Below, piece by piece: positions 30,300 through 42,226 of a DNA stretch of 64,000 nt. The notes under the pieces were generated by a model. The model saw only the letters and a list, made by a program, of their open reading frames with translations, searched no databases and had not been told where the DNA came from. Every line of letters starts with the position of its first letter. Within the stretch, counting starts at the first letter, position 1. Origin of the DNA: an uncultured Gemmatimonadales bacterium (GTDB lineage Bacteria > Gemmatimonadota > Gemmatimonadetes > Gemmatimonadales > GWC2-71-9); NCBI GenBank assembly GCA_963762545.1, contig CAVXLC010000002.1, forward strand, positions 1,191,384 through 1,255,383, given 5' to 3'. A program made the position numbers and the translations under genes.

Positions 30300-31274
30300 C
30301 TACCGGTGGAGTCCGTGCACCGGGGCCCGCTGGACCGCCTCGGTCACCTCGAGAGCGAGCGCCAGAGCGGCACGGCCCTCGGCTCCGGTCACGACCGATT
30401 CGACCGCTCCAGCGGCAACCCGGACGAAGCTGGCCAGCTCCAGCGCGAGCGCGTCCGCTTCCGGCGCGGTCAGCACCACCCGCTCCACGATTTCCTCGAG
30501 CCGCTGTCCCCCCGATTCGCGCCACCCCGCCCGAAGCCGCATGAATTCGCCGGTGCCGTCGCCCAGATCGAGCGAGAGATAGCCGTCGGGCTGGAAGATC
30601 CGGAGCCGGCGGACCCGCTCCCGCGCCATCCGTGACGCGGTCACGTTGGCCACGGCGCCGGTCGGGAACTCGACCCGGGCGTTGGCCATGTCGAGGTAGG
30701 GAGACAGCACCGCCACACCGCTGGCCCGCACCTCCACCGGCGCCGCGCCGCCGGTCAGGTGGAGAATCAGGTCGAGATCGTGAATCATGAGATCGAGGAC
30801 CACCGCCACGTCGGTCCCGCGGAGCTGAAAGGGGGCCAGCCGGTCGCTCTCCAAATAGCGGGGATCCCCGAGGTAGGGACGGGCCGCGCGGATGGCCCGA
30901 TTGAAGCGCTCCACATGCCCCACCACCAGGGGAACCCGGTGCCGGGCCGCCACCGCGAGCAGGGCATCCGCCTCGTCCAGCGTGGCGGCCAGCGGCTTTT
31001 CCATGAGCACCGCGCGGCCCTGCGCCAGCGCCCGGAGCCCGACCTCGGCGTGCGCCGGCGTGGGCACGGCGATCGAGACGGCCTCGACCTCACGCAGCAG
31101 CGCGTCGAGATCGGCGTAGAAGCGGGTGCCGCAGCTCTCCGCCACCTCGCGTCCCCGGACCGCATCGGCATCGTGCACCCCCACCAGCCGGGCATCCGGC
31201 GCGGCCGCGAGGTGCCGCGCGTGGTGGCGCCCCAGCGCGCCGACGCCGATCACCCCGATCGGGAGGGCCGCCAT
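30300..31274 (-). CDS. Gfo/Idh/MocA oxidoreductase (GnnA-like UDP-GlcNAc 3-dehydrogenase candidate)
   Basis: GVGALG, EKPLA, GHVERFN, DVAVVLDLMIHDLD; sits between lpxA and lpxB. Confidence 0.8.
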   Translation of the reverse strand: MAALPIGVIGVGALGRHHARHLAAAPDARLVGVHDADAVRGREVAESCGTRFYADLDALLREVEAVSIAVPTPAHAEVGLRALAQGRAVLMEKPLAATLDEADALLAVAARHRVPLVVGHVERFNRAIRAARPYLGDPRYLESDRLAPFQLRGTDVAVVLDLMIHDLDLILHLTGGAAPVEVRASGVAVLSPYLDMANARVEFPTGAVANVTASRMARERVRRLRIFQPDGYLSLDLGDGTGEFMRLRAGWRESGGQRLEEIVERVVLTAPEADALALELASFVRVAAGAVESVVTGAEGRAALALALEVTEAVQRAPVHGLHR

Positions 31275-31276
31275 GG

Positions 31277-32053
31277 TCAAGCCGGAACGCCGCGCTGTGA
31301 GCTCGAAACGAATTCGAGGAAGTGCTCCACCTCCGGCAGCGGAGGCAGCTCGGTCCGGGCGCGGTCGACGGCCTGGGACAGATTGAGCTCGGAGTTGAAA
31401 ATGAGGCGGTAGAGGCGCTTGAGGGCGGTCACGGTGTCCGCGGAGAACCCCGCCCGCTGCAGGCCGATGGTGTTGAGCCCGTACAGCTCGATCGGATTCC
31501 CGACCGCCTTCACGTAGGGCGGGATGTCCTGATTGACCCGGGACATGCCGCCCACGAACGCGAAGGAGCCGATGGTGGTGAACTGGTGCACCGCCACGAG
31601 TCCGGACAGGCTGGCCCGGTCGTGAATGGTGACGTGCCCGGCGAGCTGGGTGCCGTTGGCGATGATGACCCCGTCGCCCACGTGACAATCATGGGCCAGG
31701 TGCACGTAGCTCATGACGAAGCACGAGCGCCCCACCCGGGTGATGCCCGACGCGGCGGTGCCACGATTGATGGTGGCGTACTCGCGGATGACGGTGCCCT
31801 CGCCGATCTCGACCCAGCTCTCCTCGCCCCGGTACTTGAGATCCTGGGGATCCCCTCCGAGGATGCTGCCCTGCCCCACCCGGACGTCCGCGGCAAGCCG
31901 GACGTTGCGCTCCAGCGTGGCGCGCGGGGCGATGCGGCACCGGTCTCCGATCGAGGTCCCGGGACCCACGATGGCAAAGGGGCCGATGTCCACGTCGCGG
32001 CCCAGCTCCGCGCCGGGGTCCACGATGGCGGACGGGTGAATGCAGGTGGTCAC
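31277..32053 (-). CDS. lpxA: UDP-GlcNAc acyltransferase
   Basis: IHPSAIV, GGDPQDLKY, HLAHDC, VHQF, GLNTIGLQR. Confidence 0.96.
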   Translation of the reverse strand: MTTCIHPSAIVDPGAELGRDVDIGPFAIVGPGTSIGDRCRIAPRATLERNVRLAADVRVGQGSILGGDPQDLKYRGEESWVEIGEGTVIREYATINRGTAASGITRVGRSCFVMSYVHLAHDCHVGDGVIIANGTQLAGHVTIHDRASLSGLVAVHQFTTIGSFAFVGGMSRVNQDIPPYVKAVGNPIELYGLNTIGLQRAGFSADTVTALKRLYRLIFNSELNLSQAVDRARTELPPLPEVEHFLEFVSSSQRGVPA

Positions 32054-33322
32054 CGGTCCATCACCCGGGCCAGCATCTCGGCCTCCGCCACCACCTGGCC
32101 CTCGACCAGCGCCACGCCCTTGAGCCGGCAGGTGCGGCCGCGGAACTGGATCATCTCGACTTCCAGGCGAAGCTGGTCTCCGGGCACCACCGGCCGCCGG
32201 AACTTCACGTTGTCGAGCGACATGAAATAGACCACCTTGTCCTCGGGGGACTGCAGCTCGTCCATGAGCAGCATCCCGCCCGCCTGGGCCATCGATTCGA
32301 TGATGAGGACCCCCGGCATGACCGGATGGCCGGGGAAATGCCCCTGGAAGAACGGCTCGTTGATGGTGACGTTCTTGATTCCGACCACCCAGCGGCGGGG
32401 CTGGAGCTCGAGGATCCGGTCCACCATGATGAAGGGGTAGCGGTGCGGGATGATCTCGAGAATCCGGTTGATGTCGAGGATCTGCCCGCCGGTCCGGTCC
32501 GCCATGCGGGTTATGGCCCGGGCCACCGCCACGTTGCCCTGATGGCTGGGCCGGTTGGCGATCAGGTGCGCCTTGACCCGGCCGCCCACCAGGCCCAGGT
32601 CGCCCAGGATGTCGCCCGCCTTGTGCCGCACGAATTCATCCGGCCAGCGCAGCGGACTGCCGACGACGTCGGTATCCGAGAGCACCACCGCCGAGGCCGT
32701 CGAAGCGCCCTTGAGCAGGCCGCGGCTGCGCAGCGCCTCCACCTCGCGGGTGAAGCCGAAGGTGCGGGCCCCCGCGATGTCCCGGCGGAAGGTATCGAGG
32801 TCGATGTCCCAGGAGCCGGTTTGCCGGCCGATGAGAGGATGGCTCCATTCGATGGTGGTGGTGAGCCGGAGCCCACTGGCCGGCGAGACGACGTAGGTCG
32901 CGTCGCCCTCGCTGACGGTGAACGGGGCGGTGACCCGATAGGAGATGGGCTCGCCTTCGATCGATCCGATGCCGGCGCCCTCGAGGAGGGCCAGGTACGG
33001 CGCGAACGAGCCGTCCAGAATCGGGGGTTCGGGGCCGTCGAGCTCGATGACCAGGTCGTCCAGCTCCAGGGCCACCACCGCGGCCAGCAGGTGCTCGACG
33101 GTATGAATGGTGGTTTCGCCGCGGCCGATGGCGGTGCGGCGCTCGGTGGCCTCGACTTCGCTGACGCGGGCGGGAATTTCCGGACGCGATTCGAGGTCCA
33201 CACGCCGAAACACGATGCCCTGTCCGGAGGCGCCCGGCTGGCAGGTCAGCCGGGTGCAGGCCCCGGTGTGCAGGCCGATGCCCGAGATCTCCGCATTCGT
33301 CCGCGATCGTCCGCCTAGGCAT
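32050..33322 (-). CDS. lpxC: Bifunctional LpxC-FabZ fusion (apparent 1-nt insertion near 33301)
   Basis: GIGLHTG, TVEHLLAA, PPILDGS, RHKAGD.LGD (LpxC); IPHRYPF, GHFPGHPVMPGVLIIE (FabZ). ATG 33322 gives MPRRTIA, then one extra base before the AEISGIGLHTG frame. Confidence 0.9.
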
Positions 33323-34355
33323 CGCCACTCCGCGCTTTCACGAGGTCCTCGAGCTGATCGGTGATGCTGGCCAGCCGGTACAGGGCCGCCTGGGCCCGGA
33401 GAAATTCCCGGTGCGGCCGGGCCGGGAATCCCGACACATCGGTGCCGTCGGGCACCGAGGCGGTCACACCGGCCTTGGCGCCCACCCGGACCCGATTGCC
33501 GATCCGGATGTGGCCCGCGACGGCCGTGTGTCCCGCCAGGATGACGCCGTTCCCGATCTCGGCGCTCCCCGCGATGACCGAGCCACCCATGACCAGGCAC
33601 CGCGAGCCGAGCCGCGCGTTATGCCCGACATGGACGTGGTTGTCGAGCTTGGTCCCAGGGCCGATGACCGTGTCGTCGATGCTGCCCCGGTCCACGCAGC
33701 TGTTGGATCCGACCTCCACCTCGTCTCCCAGGACGCACCCGCCGACATGGGGAATCCGGGTGTGGCCGTCCCGCCCCGAAATGTAGCCGAACCCGGCTCC
33801 GCCGAGCACCGCGCCCGCCTTCACCAGACAGCGACGGCCCAGGACCGTGCCGGCGTAGCAGGTGACATGGGGGCCCAGCTCGGTGTCGTCTCCCACGACG
33901 ACCCGGTCCTCGAGCACTACCCCGGCGCCCAGGCACACCCGGTCTCCCACCACCACGTGCCGCCCGAGCACCACGTGGGGACCGATGGCGACGTCGATCC
34001 CGAGGATGGTCCCGGCGCCGATCCGGACGGTGGCGTCGATGCCGGGCGGGACCCGAACCGCCGGAAACATGGCCACCAGGACCCGGGTCATCGCGGCGTG
34101 GGGATCCGGGACGACGATCCTGATCGGGGGACCGTCGGGCTCGGCTTCGTGCTCGGTGCGGAGGAGCACCACGCCGGCGGCGGACTGCCGGAATTCGGGG
34201 AGGTACCGCGTCGAGCCGAGGAAGGAAAGGGTACCGCCGTCGGCCCCTTCGAGCGGGCCGACGGCGGTCAGCAGGCGGGTCCCGTCACCGATCAGGCGAC
34301 CCGCCACCAGCTCGGCGACCGCCTGCGAGGTGAGCGGGACGGTCGCCGGGGGCAC
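33315..34355 (-). CDS. lpxD: UDP-3-O-acyl-glucosamine N-acyltransferase
   Basis: Hexapeptide repeats, GFGY, IPHVG, DRGSIDDT..G.GTKLDNHVHVGHN. Confidence 0.95.
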   Translation of the reverse strand: MPPATVPLTSQAVAELVAGRLIGDGTRLLTAVGPLEGADGGTLSFLGSTRYLPEFRQSAAGVVLLRTEHEAEPDGPPIRIVVPDPHAAMTRVLVAMFPAVRVPPGIDATVRIGAGTILGIDVAIGPHVVLGRHVVVGDRVCLGAGVVLEDRVVVGDDTELGPHVTCYAGTVLGRRCLVKAGAVLGGAGFGYISGRDGHTRIPHVGGCVLGDEVEVGSNSCVDRGSIDDTVIGPGTKLDNHVHVGHNARLGSRCLVMGGSVIAGSAEIGNGVILAGHTAVAGHIRIGNRVRVGAKAGVTASVPDGTDVSGFPARPHREFLRAQAALYRLASITDQLEDLVKARSGDA

Positions 34356-34357
34356 GA

Positions 34358-34927
34358 TCAGTTGCTCTGGAGGAGCCTGCGCGCGACGCGCTCGGTGATG
34401 TCCAGCGACTTGTCGTAGGAGACGATGAAGCCCCCGATCTGCGGGTTACCCAGATCGATCACCAGCCAGTAGTTCCCCTCGGCCCGGACCCCGTCGATGA
34501 TGGCCGACAGGCGCTGCTGCATCGGGGCCAGGAGCTCCCGCTCCCGCGCGGCGACCCGGTCCTGCAGGCTCTGGAGCTTGGCCTGCAGCGAGTCGTTCTG
34601 GACGCCCAGCGCCTTTTCCCTCGCGCTGCGCGCCGACGGCGAGAGCATTGCCTGGGTCTGCTGGTAGGCCGCCACGGTCGAATCCCAGGCGGCCTGGAGC
34701 CTCTGGCCCTCGCCCTGGGCCGCCGTCAGGTCCTTGGTATACAGGCTCTCGGCCTTGGCATAGCCCGTCATGCCCTGCAACAGGGCCCGTGCATTGACGA
34801 AGGCGATGCGCCCCCCGGTCGCCTGGGGGGCGGCTCCGCCCGCGGGCCCCTGAGCCGACAGGGTGCTCACTCCGGCCAGCAGGCCAAGCGCGAGGCCGGT
34901 CACCAGCCTCCGAACGACGACGGTCAT
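34358..34927 (-). CDS. skp: OmpH/Skp periplasmic chaperone
   Basis: GGAGGA RBS, signal peptide, IAFVN, coiled coil, LDITERV; between bamA and lpxD. Confidence 0.88.
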   Translation of the reverse strand: MTVVVRRLVTGLALGLLAGVSTLSAQGPAGGAAPQATGGRIAFVNARALLQGMTGYAKAESLYTKDLTAAQGEGQRLQAAWDSTVAAYQQTQAMLSPSARSAREKALGVQNDSLQAKLQSLQDRVAARERELLAPMQQRLSAIIDGVRAEGNYWLVIDLGNPQIGGFIVSYDKSLDITERVARRLLQSN

Positions 34928-34974
34928 TCCCGATTCCTCCATCAGAGTATGCTGCACGCACTGAGCTCCGGGGC

Positions 34975-37359
34975 TCAGAAGAAATTGCCGAGACGGAAGT
35001 GAAGCTGCCAGCTCGGCTTGGGCCGGCCGGCCAGGTCCGTCTTGTCGAGGCCGTAGCCCAGGTCCAGCCCGATGGGGCCGAGCGGGGAGATGACCGCCAG
35101 ACCCGCGCCGACGCTGCGGAACAGCCGCGTCGGGTTGTACTCCCGCACCCGACGATACACGTTGCCGGCGTCGGTGAAGACGTTGAAGTAGAGCGCCTGG
35201 CTGATCCGGGCCCCCGCCTCGACCGTGAAGGCGGCGTAGGACTTGCCGAACGAGCCCGGCTGCGCCTGCGAGCCGCCCGCGTTCACGTCGAACCCGCCGG
35301 GGGTGATGGCGAATTCCTCGTACCCGCGCAGCGGAATGCCGTACTGGACGCCGCCCATCGAATAGAGCTCGGGGTAGAACGGCCCCACGTCGCCGACGAT
35401 GAACCCGGATTTGACCGTGAGCCCCAGGGTGAACTGGACGCCCCCGCCGAACTGGTCGGCGCCGCCCAGCCGTCCGAGCGGGGTGTACCAGCGCCCTTCC
35501 AGATCGATCTTCTGGTAGTTGCCGGTGCCGCCCAACACGCCGCCGTTCTGCTCGACACTGAGCGTCGTCGAGGAGCCGGCCACCGCGAACGGCAGGCCGA
35601 TCCGGGTGTCCCGGGCCACGCTCAGCCCGAGGGAGGAGCGGGTGCAGTTGTCGCAGGCGAACTGTTGCCGCAGGTCCGGGGCGGCATCGCTGTACCGGAT
35701 CTGCTGCACCCCGCTGGACAGATAGACCCGGGTGTAGCGCGAGCCGAACAGCGGGAATCCGAACTGGGCCTGGACGCCGCGCTGCCGCTGCTGGCCCAGG
35801 TCGCCGATGGTGTAGTGGCGGCGGGAATTGAACAGGGTCAGCGTGCCCGAGGTCCGGCTCTCCAGAATCGAGGGGTCGGTATAGCTCAGGTTGAAATCGT
35901 TGATGTTCTGGCCGAACTGCCACTGCAGCTTGCCGCGCTTGGCCTTCCCGAAGAGGTTGGGCTCCTCCAGCCCGATGAAGCCGCCGACCCCGACCCCCTG
36001 CCCCACCGAGGCCCCGAAATTCACGTTGCCGGTGCGCTTCTCGGTCACCCGGAAGGTCACGTCCACATCCACCCCGTTGTCGGAGGGGTTGACGTCGGGC
36101 GACGGCATGGGCGCCTGGAAGAAATTCAGGTTCGAGATGTTCTCGTAGGAGCGGATCAGCAGGTCCTTGTTGAAGGTCTGCCCGGGAAGCAGCACGATGG
36201 CCTCCCGGATGACCCGCTCGTGGGTGACGTCGTTGCCGACGATGATGATCCGGTTGATGGTGGCCGGCTGCCCCTCCCGGATCACCCACTTGAGATCGAC
36301 GTAGGAGAGGCTGTCCGGGCCGGTACGGCGGCTCTCTTCGGGAACGATCGAGGAGTAGATGTAGCCGCTGTTGGCGTAGAGATTGGTGACCTTCTCGGTG
36401 GCCGCGCTCCAGGCGGCGCGGCTGAACGGCTCGCCGATCGTCTTGCCGTCTCCCGCCACGACTTCCTTGCCGAAGGGGAAGTAGGCGCTCAGCTCTTCGG
36501 CGGAGTAGCGCCGGTTCCCGGTCACCTCGAAGCGCCCGACCTTGTAGGCCTTTCCCTCGTCCACCTGGATCCGGACGATGGCCTTCCCGGGCACGCTGTC
36601 CGCGATCAGGGTATCGCTCAGCACCCGGAGGTCCACGTGGCCCCGGTCGGCGTACCAGGAGGGAATCGAATTGCGGACGTCGTCGTCCACCTTTTCCTCG
36701 CTGTACTCGCCCTTGCGGAACCACCAGAAGCCTTCGGGGCGGCTCACCATCCCCTTGACGATGTCCTGGTCCTTGAACGCCTGGTTGCCCTCGATCTGGA
36801 CCTGGCTCACGACGACCCGCGGCCCCTCGTTCACCTCGAAGACCAGGCGGACCTGGTTGTTCTCCTGGGGCAGCTCGAGCGTCTTGACCTGGACGGCGTA
36901 GTACCCGCGCTTGCGATAGAGCGAGTCGATGGCGTGGCGGGACTTCTCCACCGCCGCCCGGTCCAGGGGCCGGCCCTCCGGCACCGAGATCTTCCGCCGC
37001 ACGGTGCCCTCGTCGACCCGCTCGACCCCCTTGAGGGCCCATTTCTGCAGGAGCGGGCGTTCCTTGACGACGATCACCAGCACCTGTTTCCCGCGGACCT
37101 GCCGGAGCTCCACCCGCACGTCGTCGAACTGGCCGGTGGCGAAGAGGCCCTCGATCGCCCGCTGCACGTTGCGGTAGGTGGCCGGCTGGCTGGTCTGCAG
37201 CGCCGAGAAGGAGATGACCTGCCTGGCGCTGTTCCGGACCGCCCCTTCGACCGCGATGCTGTCGACCGTGGGCGGGGCATTCACGTCCTGCGCGGCCGCC
37301 CGCCCCGCTCCGAGGAGCAGCGCGAGGCCGGCGGCGAGGGGGCGGAGGCAGCGACGCAT
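34975..37359 (-). CDS. bamA: Outer-membrane protein assembly factor BamA
   Basis: Signal peptide, POTRA repeats, LRGY loop motif, SPLGPIGLDLGYG, C-terminal F. Confidence 0.96.
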   Translation of the reverse strand: MRRCLRPLAAGLALLLGAGRAAAQDVNAPPTVDSIAVEGAVRNSARQVISFSALQTSQPATYRNVQRAIEGLFATGQFDDVRVELRQVRGKQVLVIVVKERPLLQKWALKGVERVDEGTVRRKISVPEGRPLDRAAVEKSRHAIDSLYRKRGYYAVQVKTLELPQENNQVRLVFEVNEGPRVVVSQVQIEGNQAFKDQDIVKGMVSRPEGFWWFRKGEYSEEKVDDDVRNSIPSWYADRGHVDLRVLSDTLIADSVPGKAIVRIQVDEGKAYKVGRFEVTGNRRYSAEELSAYFPFGKEVVAGDGKTIGEPFSRAAWSAATEKVTNLYANSGYIYSSIVPEESRRTGPDSLSYVDLKWVIREGQPATINRIIIVGNDVTHERVIREAIVLLPGQTFNKDLLIRSYENISNLNFFQAPMPSPDVNPSDNGVDVDVTFRVTEKRTGNVNFGASVGQGVGVGGFIGLEEPNLFGKAKRGKLQWQFGQNINDFNLSYTDPSILESRTSGTLTLFNSRRHYTIGDLGQQRQRGVQAQFGFPLFGSRYTRVYLSSGVQQIRYSDAAPDLRQQFACDNCTRSSLGLSVARDTRIGLPFAVAGSSTTLSVEQNGGVLGGTGNYQKIDLEGRWYTPLGRLGGADQFGGGVQFTLGLTVKSGFIVGDVGPFYPELYSMGGVQYGIPLRGYEEFAITPGGFDVNAGGSQAQPGSFGKSYAAFTVEAGARISQALYFNVFTDAGNVYRRVREYNPTRLFRSVGAGLAVISPLGPIGLDLGYGLDKTDLAGRPKPSWQLHFRLGNFF

Positions 37360-37421
37360 CAGGGTCCGGGAGCGGCCCGGGACCCGCGAGGGTCCAGAGC
37401 CGGCACTGCGGGAGGCCGGGA

Positions 37422-39896
<2,475 letters not shown>

Positions 39897-39906
39897 GCTT
39901 GCCGTT

Positions 39907-41019
39907 TCACCTCTGGGTCGGAGGCGCCTGTGCGGAAGGCCCGCGACGCCCCACTTCCTCCTCCAGCACCTGGCGGACATATGCGGCTCGGCGCACCGGC
40001 ACCTCGTCTTCCGTGAGGGTGCGGCCGTGGGCGGCGGCGAGATGCGCGGGCTGGGTGAACACCAGCAGCTTGTTCAGCGCATACATACCGACGTTCGGAA
40101 TGAGCCCGAGCCCCACACCGAGCCGAACGCCGCTCAGGAGGTTCATCGTTTCCTCGAACGACAGGCTGCGCGCATACCGGAGGAGCCCGTACGCCCGCCA
40201 CACCTTGTCCTCGAGGATCGCCGTCGCGTCGCGCAGGAGAATCTGGCGCGCGCGCTCCTCGTGCTCCATCACCTGCCGAACCAGCTTGCCGAGGTGGTCC
40301 AGCAGCTCCAGCTCCGACTTGCCGAGGGTGGTCTGGTTCGACAGCTGGAACAGGTTGCCGACCACCTCGCTGCCCTCGCCGTACAGCCCCCGGAAGGTCA
40401 AGCCGACCTGGGTGAGGGCCTGGAGAATCTTGTTGATTTCCTTCGTCAAAACGAGGCCCGGGAGGTGCACCAAAACCGAGGCCCGGAGCCCGGTTCCGAC
40501 GTTGGTCGGGCAACTCGTAAGGTAACCGAACTCCGGGTGAAATGCGAAGGCAAGTCGTTGCCCCAGTTCGGCGTCCAGCGTTGCGACCAGGCTCCAGGCG
40601 GCCTCCAGAGCGAACCCGGAACGGAGCGCCTGGATCCGGAGGTGGTCCTCCTCGTTGACCATCACGCTGGCCTGGTCCTGGACCAGCAAACCGCCGGCCG
40701 GCCGGGGCCCGGGGCTTCCGTCCGGACCGGCCAATTCCCGGCTGACCAGGTGCCGCTCGTGCAGCAGCTGCCGATCGGGCAGATCCAGCCGATCCACCCT
40801 GAAATGGACGGCGTGCCCGAGGCCGGTGGTGCGCGCGGCGGCGGCCTCGACTTCGGCGAGGATGGCCTCCCGCTCGGCGGGGTCGCTCCGGGTCGCGAAC
40901 CGGTGGCCCGTGAGGTTCCGCGCCAGGCGAATCCGGGTCGACACCACCAGGTGGCTTCCCGGCCCGCTGGCTTCGAGCCAGGCCATGCCCCCGTCGGGGA
41001 GCAGACTGAGATCGATCAT
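39907..41019 (-). CDS. mcsB: Protein arginine kinase McsB
   Basis: STRIRLARN, VNEEDHLRIQ, GYLTSCPTNVGTGLRAS, RGLYGEGS, QLSNQTTLG. Confidence 0.95.
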   Translation of the reverse strand: MIDLSLLPDGGMAWLEASGPGSHLVVSTRIRLARNLTGHRFATRSDPAEREAILAEVEAAAARTTGLGHAVHFRVDRLDLPDRQLLHERHLVSRELAGPDGSPGPRPAGGLLVQDQASVMVNEEDHLRIQALRSGFALEAAWSLVATLDAELGQRLAFAFHPEFGYLTSCPTNVGTGLRASVLVHLPGLVLTKEINKILQALTQVGLTFRGLYGEGSEVVGNLFQLSNQTTLGKSELELLDHLGKLVRQVMEHEERARQILLRDATAILEDKVWRAYGLLRYARSLSFEETMNLLSGVRLGVGLGLIPNVGMYALNKLLVFTQPAHLAAAHGRTLTEDEVPVRRAAYVRQVLEEEVGRRGPSAQAPPTQR

Positions 41020-41519
41020 TCGCGCTCCCGCAGCCGATCGCGGAGCTCGGCGGCCAGCTCGAATTGCTCGCGCTCCACCGCGCGGCGGAGCTGTTCCCGG
41101 AGCTCGAGGTCGGTCTGGCCCGGCTCGGCCCGGGGCCCCGGCGCCTCGCCGCGATCGTACTGCATCCCGGTGTGATGCGTGGAACCATGGAGCCGTCGCA
41201 GCAGCTCGCGCAGGGTGGCATCGAAGGTCACGTAGCACTCGGCGCATCCCACGCGCCCGGTCTCCCGGAAATCGCGCAGCGTGGCGTTGCATCCCGGGCA
41301 GCGGGCCTCCAGCGCGGCCATCACGGGCGCGTCCGGATCGGCGCCCTCGCCCAGCTTGGCCAGGAATCCGCCCAGCGGGGTGTCCGCCATCGCGAACCCG
41401 GTCTCGATGCCCTTGTCCGCGGCGCACTGGGCGCAGAGACTCGAGGTATGCACCTCGCCCTCCTTCACCTGGGTGAGGCTCACGACCCCCTCGCGCTCCC
41501 CGCAGTTGCTGCATTTCAT
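41016..41519 (-). CDS. mcsA: McsB activator McsA
   Basis: Four CxxC motifs, GCAECY..F, HGSTHHTG, C-terminal UVR domain. Confidence 0.93.
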   Translation of the reverse strand: MKCSNCGEREGVVSLTQVKEGEVHTSSLCAQCAADKGIETGFAMADTPLGGFLAKLGEGADPDAPVMAALEARCPGCNATLRDFRETGRVGCAECYVTFDATLRELLRRLHGSTHHTGMQYDRGEAPGPRAEPGQTDLELREQLRRAVEREQFELAAELRDRLRERE

Positions 41520-42226
41520 CCGGGGAGCACCTCGGCTCCGAACCCGCTGGCCGGCGCCAGCACTCCCTCCGAGAGCGTCAGCACCCGGTCGGCCCGTCCG
41601 GCCAGCGAGCGGTTGTGGGTCACGATGACCATGGCGGTGCGGAACTCGCGTGCCAGCCCGGAAAACAGCGCATGCAGGTGCTCCGCGTTGTGCTCGTCCA
41701 GGTTGCCGGAGGGCTCGTCCGCCAGGAGGAGGGCCGGCTGCACCGCCAGGGCGCGGGCCACGGCGGCCCGCTGCTGCTCGCCGCCGGACAGCTGCGCCGG
41801 GAGATGGCTGCTCCGGGCGCCCAGTCCCACCGAGCTCAGCAGGTCCCGGGCCCGGCCCAGGGCCTCGCGGGGGGCCGTGCCCCCGATCAGGAGCGGCAGG
41901 GCCACATTCTCCTCGGCGGTGAAATCGCGGAGGAGATGGTGGAACTGAAACACGAAACCGATGCGCCGATTCCGGAGCTCCGCCAGCCCCGCGGCGTCGA
42001 ACTCGTCGTAGGCGGTGCCGCCGAGGCGCACCTGGCCCGAGGTCGGGAGGTCCAGCGCGCCCAGCAGATGCAGCAGCGTGCTCTTGCCCGATCCGCTCTC
42101 CCCGGTCACCGCCACGAACTCCCCGGTTTCCACGGCAATGTCGACCCCCCGCAGGACCTCGATGGTCCCGCCGTCACCGCCGCGGAACGACTTGCGGAGG
42201 TCGCGCGCTTCGAGGACCATGCTCAT
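41516..42226 (-). CDS. lolD: Lipoprotein-releasing ABC transporter ATPase
   Basis: GESGSGKS, GFVFQFHHLL, LSGGEQQR, ADEPSGNLD. Confidence 0.9.
   Translation of the reverse strand: MSMVLEARDLRKSFRGGDGGTIEVLRGVDIAVETGEFVAVTGESGSGKSTLLHLLGALDLPTSGQVRLGGTAYDEFDAAGLAELRNRRIGFVFQFHHLLRDFTAEENVALPLLIGGTAPREALGRARDLLSSVGLGARSSHLPAQLSGGEQQRAAVARALAVQPALLLADEPSGNLDEHNAEHLHALFSGLAREFRTAMVIVTHNRSLAGRADRVLTLSEGVLAPASGFGAEVLPG

Noticed and set aside
34358-37042. 894-aa ORF apparently extending skp
   Set aside because: The upstream part is an off-frame read of bamA; the real skp starts at 34927 with an RBS and signal peptide.
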